Source: Candidatus Bathyarchaeota archaeon (GTDB lineage: Archaea > Thermoproteota > Bathyarchaeia > Bathyarchaeales > Bathycorpusculaceae). From it: a stretch of 64,000 nt of DNA. Positions 59,928 to 64,000 of this stretch are shown here, in pieces. The stretch spans positions 6,684 through 70,683 of the forward strand of contig JACAEK010000052.1 of the NCBI GenBank assembly GCA_013388895.1. Direction: 5' to 3'. Positions within the stretch are counted from its first letter, which is position 1. Each line of letters starts with the position of its first letter. A model generated the notes under the pieces. The model did not search any database. It saw only the letters and a list, made by a program, of their open reading frames with translations, and was not told where the DNA came from. Made by a program: the position numbers and the translations under genes.

Positions 59928-60748
59928 TTCGCTTTTTTCTCCAAAGTTTTGAGCAGTATTTGATGGGCTTCGTATACGTCGATGATGTTTTTGGGTAACC
60001 CGAAATCGGAGAGTTGGAGGAAGATTTGGGCTATTTGTGGTGGAACAATGGATGCTTGGGTTAGGACTTCTGGGTTGGTGAGAACCTTTCTTGCTTCGCC
60101 GTCAATTGTGACTTTTCCTTCTCGCATTAGCAAAACTCTTGGGTTGCATTCTGCCACAAACTCCACGTCGTGTGTTACGATGATTACTGTTTTTCGTTGG
60201 GCTTTCATCTGCAGAATAAATTGTCGAAGTTTCTCTTTCTGCTGATAATCCTGTCCTATGGTAGGTTCGTCCAATATCAGTATTTTTGGATTCCAAGCCA
60301 ACACTGAGGCGAGGGCTACACGTTTTCTTTCTCCACCGCTTAGCATAAATGGCGAAGTTTTCCTGTACTGCGCTAAGCCTAACAGGTTTAGTGCCCATGT
60401 TATTCGTCTTTTTACGATGGTGTCCTTGAATCCGAAGTTTTTTAGTGCAAAGGCTATTTCGTCTTCGACGGTTTCGCTGAAAAGTTGGTGGTCCGGGTTT
60501 TGAAAGACAAAGCCTACGTTTCTGGCTAGGCTTGCCACGCTCACTTTTGTTGTTTCAACTCCGTCGATAAGCACTTTTCCTTTCGACGGCTTCAATAACC
60601 CATTGAAATGTTTGACGAGAGTTGTTTTTCCAGCGCCATTTTGTCCCATCACCGCCACAAATTCGCCATTCTGGATGGTCAACTGTATGCCTTTCAGAGC
60701 TTCTACGCCGCTTGGATAGGTGAAATAAACGTCTTGAACTTCAATCAT
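59924..60748 (-). CDS. ecfA: ECF transporter ATPase
   Basis: GQNGAGKT, FQNPDHQ, LSGGE, DEPT. Confidence 0.92.
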   Translation of the reverse strand: MIEVQDVYFTYPSGVEALKGIQLTIQNGEFVAVMGQNGAGKTTLVKHFNGLLKPSKGKVLIDGVETTKVSVASLARNVGFVFQNPDHQLFSETVEDEIAFALKNFGFKDTIVKRRITWALNLLGLAQYRKTSPFMLSGGERKRVALASVLAWNPKILILDEPTIGQDYQQKEKLRQFILQMKAQRKTVIIVTHDVEFVAECNPRVLLMREGKVTIDGEARKVLTNPEVLTQASIVPPQIAQIFLQLSDFGLPKNIIDVYEAHQILLKTLEKKAK

Positions 60749-61596
60749 CTGTCTTCAAACGCCTCCTTTAGTAAGGTTGCCATTTCATCTGAAGACAGTG
60801 GAATAGTGTTGGCTAGTTTTGCTCCGTCTTTTTTTAAAATATGATAGAGATGTGTTGCTTTTGGTATGCCGACGCCGATTAAGCGTGTTTCCTCGGAGCT
60901 TAAGATTCGATGTGGTTCGCCGTCTAAAACGATTTTTCCATCATCCATTATGATTATGTGGCTTGCATATTTTGCTGTTAAATCAAGCCTATGTTCAACA
61001 AGAATAATGGTTAATCCAAGTTTTTTGTTTAAGTCGTAAATTACTTCAAAAATCTTCTTTGCACCTAACGGGTCGAGAAAAGAGGTAGGTTCGTCAAGCA
61101 CTATCACTTCTGGTTGCATGGCTAAAACAGACGCAATTGCGGCGCGCTGTTGCTGACCACCTGAAAGCTCGTGAGGTGCTCTTTCTCTCAAATCATATAT
61201 GCCCGCAAGTTGCAATGCCCAATCTACTCTTTTGCGCATTTCTTCTCTTGGAACTCCAAGATTTTCCAGTCCAAATGCTACATCTTTCTCTACGGATAAA
61301 GCGAAAAGCTGATTCTCGGGATTCTGAAAGACAAGCCCCACATGTCTCGCTAATTCTTGAATTGCTTGTTCAGCAACATTAAGCCTTCCAACAGATATTT
61401 CGCCTCTAAGCTCGCCTTGATAGAAATGTGGAATTAACCCATTGAAACATCTGCAGAGTGTTGTTTTTCCGCATCCGCTTGGGCCTGTGATTAGTGTGAA
61501 TTCGCCTTTTTCTATTTTTATGGAAACATCTCTAATTGACGGCTTCGTGCTGCCTGGATACGTGTATGTGAGGTCTTTTGTTTCGATGATTGCCAT
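60745..61596 (-). CDS. ecfA: ECF transporter ATPase
   Basis: GPSGCGKT, FQNPENQ, LSGGQ, DEPT. Confidence 0.92.
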   Translation of the reverse strand: MAIIETKDLTYTYPGSTKPSIRDVSIKIEKGEFTLITGPSGCGKTTLCRCFNGLIPHFYQGELRGEISVGRLNVAEQAIQELARHVGLVFQNPENQLFALSVEKDVAFGLENLGVPREEMRKRVDWALQLAGIYDLRERAPHELSGGQQQRAAIASVLAMQPEVIVLDEPTSFLDPLGAKKIFEVIYDLNKKLGLTIILVEHRLDLTAKYASHIIIMDDGKIVLDGEPHRILSSEETRLIGVGIPKATHLYHILKKDGAKLANTIPLSSDEMATLLKEAFEDR

Positions 61597-61655
61597 TCTG
61601 CTGCTTTCCTATCAGTCTTAAGCGAACCGTTGTCTCATTTAAGAGTAACTACCTA

Positions 61656-62648
61656 CTATTGATTAACTAGTTTTTCTTTCAAAAGCCGTAAACACCGTTT
61701 CAACCCGGCTTTAATTTCTCCAGCGCCATTTACTCCTGCGGCTGTGGCATGTCCACCACCCATACCATGCAGATATTCGCCTAAAGGCTTAGCAATGTCT
61801 TTGCCCAAGTGTACTTCAGTTTTTTCGTAAAATTCTCGTGTGCATCGAAGGCTTATCTCCATTTTCTCATTCTTTCGTCCAGCTACAACAGCCACATGAG
61901 CGCCCAAATCAATCATGGCTCTTGCAGCTGAGGCTTGAAAGGCGCTGACGTGAGAAAATGCAATTATCCAATCGTTAATCTTGAAGACTTTGGCTCTTCT
62001 ACAAGCCTTCAACCTTGCAACTCGTTCTGAAAAATCCATAGGTAAAGAAAGCATCGACAAAGTTTCTTGTGCGTTCACGCCAGCATCAATAAGCTCTGCA
62101 ACAGTCTTTAATGTCGACGAATTTGCCAAAACAAAATGGCGTGTGTCAAATGCTATGCCCAAAAATAGGGCTTTAGCCTCATTTTCATTCGGTTTGACTC
62201 CTGTTTCTTTATAAAAGTTGTAGATAATCTCGCACGTTGATGATGATTCCTCATTGGTTATGCAAAGTTTTGCTATTTGCTCTGTTTCTGGATGGGCTGC
62301 ATGATGGTCAATTACCATTATTGGCACTTTCGAATCTTTCACTTTTTCAGCCAAGTTGTCCAATTGCTGAATCGTGTTAGTATCAAGCAGCACCACCACA
62401 TCTGCTTTCTCTATGTTTGGCTGCGTTTTCACTGTAATTGGCAAAAACGTCAGGAGATGCCTTGAAAGCCTGCTTATTCCATGAGCCGCTCCAATTTCAA
62501 CCTCAAAATTCGGTCTTAACTGTTTAAGTAGGCTCGCGAAAGCATAGGCTGAACATATCGCATCTGGGTCAGCATTGTGATGGCATAACAGGACAACTAC
62601 TTTCGCACCTATCTCGTCCAGTATTTTCGTTATTTCTTCGAATGACAT
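61656..62648 (-). CDS. DHH-family phosphoesterase (NrnA-like)
   Basis: H-x-NADPD, LLDT, IDHH, DT-x2-F, GGGH-x2-AAG. Confidence 0.88.
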   Translation of the reverse strand: MSFEEITKILDEIGAKVVVLLCHHNADPDAICSAYAFASLLKQLRPNFEVEIGAAHGISRLSRHLLTFLPITVKTQPNIEKADVVVLLDTNTIQQLDNLAEKVKDSKVPIMVIDHHAAHPETEQIAKLCITNEESSSTCEIIYNFYKETGVKPNENEAKALFLGIAFDTRHFVLANSSTLKTVAELIDAGVNAQETLSMLSLPMDFSERVARLKACRRAKVFKINDWIIAFSHVSAFQASAARAMIDLGAHVAVVAGRKNEKMEISLRCTREFYEKTEVHLGKDIAKPLGEYLHGMGGGHATAAGVNGAGEIKAGLKRCLRLLKEKLVNQ

Positions 62649-62944
62649 TTGAATTCCCTCAGACATGCTTCCGCAGATTTAAAAGCCTCTTTAATGGCGT
62701 CATCAACGAGCTTTTGTGCGTCAAAGCCTTTCAGCAACGGCGATAGGGCAATATCTATATCAATTCTTAGCGTAACAGGATTTGTGCCTTCCGCTTCGAC
62801 GGCTATGTTGAATTTCTCTATTCTTTTTGAAGCTACTTTCGATAAAACATATCGTCTGGCGGTTTCCTCGGCGAGTTTGCATACTTCTTCAGTTTGCTCA
62901 CTTGTTAAGTCTGGTAAACCCAACTCTTCCAAAACTTCCACCAT
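62630..62944 (-). CDS. Conserved archaeal protein (DUF3194-like)
   Basis: GLP-x-LT..AE-x2-AR pattern; conserved position between prefoldin beta and the DHH gene. Confidence 0.65.
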   Translation of the reverse strand: MVEVLEELGLPDLTSEQTEEVCKLAEETARRYVLSKVASKRIEKFNIAVEAEGTNPVTLRIDIDIALSPLLKGFDAQKLVDDAIKEAFKSAEACLREFKCHSKK

Positions 62945-62958
62945 GATAGGTTCCGTGG

Positions 62959-63324
62959 CTATGATGGCGAAACTGGGTTCAAGTCTTGTTGGAGCTTAGT
63001 CTGCAAATCCTTCATTTGGGTGCGCAAACGTTCTTCTTGTTTTCCTAAGACCGTTGCACGTGTGTTCAGCAGTTCTTTTCGCTCGTTTAAGTCAGTTGTT
63101 ACTTTTGCTTTCTCTGTTTTTACGAGAAGTGTGCCTATGCTCTTGTAAATGGTTGTGTCGTCAGCTGTCTTCTGCATTTCGCTTAAAGCTTGTTCGACCT
63201 CCATGAGCTCCAGTTCCACTTGTTGTTTTTGCGCTAGGACCGTTTGAAGTGTTTGCTGAAGCTGCTGATATCTCAATAAGCGTTCTTGAACTTGCGGTGG
63301 AAGTTTCGACATTTCTTCAGTCAA
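62959..63324 (-). CDS. pfdB: Prefoldin beta subunit
   Basis: LPPQVQ, QKQQ, IYKSIG-x-LL, coiled coils; start set at TTG 63324. Confidence 0.92.
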   Translation of the reverse strand: MTEEMSKLPPQVQERLLRYQQLQQTLQTVLAQKQQVELELMEVEQALSEMQKTADDTTIYKSIGTLLVKTEKAKVTTDLNERKELLNTRATVLGKQEERLRTQMKDLQTKLQQDLNPVSPS

Positions 63325-63406
63325 TTTTATCCTTCCATTCTGCACAGCAATAAGCACAGCTATTAATTAAGTATTTTTCTCCATAATGGAACATGTTCAA
63401 AGCCAC

Positions 63407-63451
63407 AATTCAGCATATATATAAGGGAGGGGGCTAGCACCCTCACAGAGC
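63407..63451 (-). repeat. Intergenic repeated element, copy 3 (inverted, more diverged)
   Basis: Minus strand reads GCTCTGTGA..CTAGCCCCCTCCCTTATATATATGCTGAATT. Confidence 0.55.
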
Positions 63452-63573
63452 CATTCACACTCACCGAGGTTGAGGAAACAGTTTTGATTTTTTGGGAGTT
63501 GATACATTGCTGTATCAATGCTAAAATGTTAAGTATGGCATTTAATGCGTTTATATATGTGGAGGTTGTTTAT

Positions 63574-64000
63574 ATGCAGCGTGCTGCTGTGATGGAATGG
63601 TTCAAGCACAATTCTGCTAAAGTGTTTTTGCTTATTTTGATACTTATGGCCGCTTCTGTTGCAGCTGTCTTCACTTATTTCGGATTCTTTTCGCCCAATA
63701 CAGCTCCATACGCATCAGTTGAGTCTTATCCTTTGAAAGCGTCAATTGAGCTTAATAAGTCGAAGTTTGCAGTCGGTGAGCCAGTTGCGATACTGTGCAA
63801 ATTCGAAAACATCAGCAACGAGACAATCACAGTTATCTTCCCATCAGGATGGCAGATATATGATCCTAGAGATCCTCCACAAAACAATTACAAACCGGTT
63901 TATTTTACGTTCATCGTCACAGATGCGAATTGCACTGTGGTCTACAGATGGGGTTTGAACACAGGATCATCAGGGTCGTTAGTGTTTTGTACGATGGATC
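63574..64000 (+). CDS. Partial membrane-anchored Ig-like (BsuPI-like) protein, runs off the window
   Basis: GGAGG RBS, ATG 63574, N-terminal TM, then LNKSKF-x-VGE-x-V..ENISNETI..F-x-V-x-D..VY-x-W; no stop before the end. Confidence 0.65.
   Translation, partial: MQRAAVMEWFKHNSAKVFLLILILMAASVAAVFTYFGFFSPNTAPYASVESYPLKASIELNKSKFAVGEPVAILCKFENISNETITVIFPSGWQIYDPRDPPQNNYKPVYFTFIVTDANCTVVYRWGLNTGSSGSLVFCTMD

Noticed and set aside
1..64000. Many 60-170 aa ORFs antisense to or overlapping recognised genes (e.g. 23..421, 7756..8172, 47622..48077, 49873..50391, 58268..58624)
   Set aside because: Shadow ORFs of well-supported genes, with no recognisable motifs
1..64000. Genome-wide TAG recoding to pyrrolysine
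   Set aside because: TAG ends many genes at their expected C-termini (e.g. carS, polB1, cgi121, rlmE); only one internal TAG was seen and no pyl genes are present in the window
1..64000. CRISPR arrays, tRNA or rRNA genes, transposases, integrases, inteins in PolB or TopA
   Set aside because: None recognised by eye; protein lengths are normal and there are no regular repeat-spacer arrays

Overview
Gene-dense archaeal chromosome segment, most consistent with Bathyarchaeia (TACK); the taxonomy is inferred from gene content such as PolB1, TFE-beta, TackOD1 and DUF3194. It is mostly core housekeeping: all four archaeal KEOPS genes plus Sua5 (t6A), GAN/RecJ, uS15, proteasome beta, topoisomerase IA, RadB, PolB1, AglB plus GPT, CarS, a UbiD-family decarboxylase, His-catabolism genes (ftcD, hutI, hutU), gcvT, two moeA, a type IV pilus locus, an ECF module and prefoldin beta. 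I saw no CRISPR array, tRNA, rRNA or intact mobile element. Best leads: (1) a GC-rich structured leader with an anti-Shine-Dalgarno upstream of a QueT-family gene, a candidate archaeal riboswitch; (2) a PAC4/LpdD-like gene translationally coupled to ubiD; (3) an OSTC/DC2-like gene near aglB; (4) a 25-aa eukaryote-like eL41 missed by the ORF track; (5) a ~45-bp intergenic element present three times; (6) a giant nested pilin; (7) a ThrRS with no editing domain; (8) three disrupted genes. All homology calls come from motif recognition by eye; no database searches were run.
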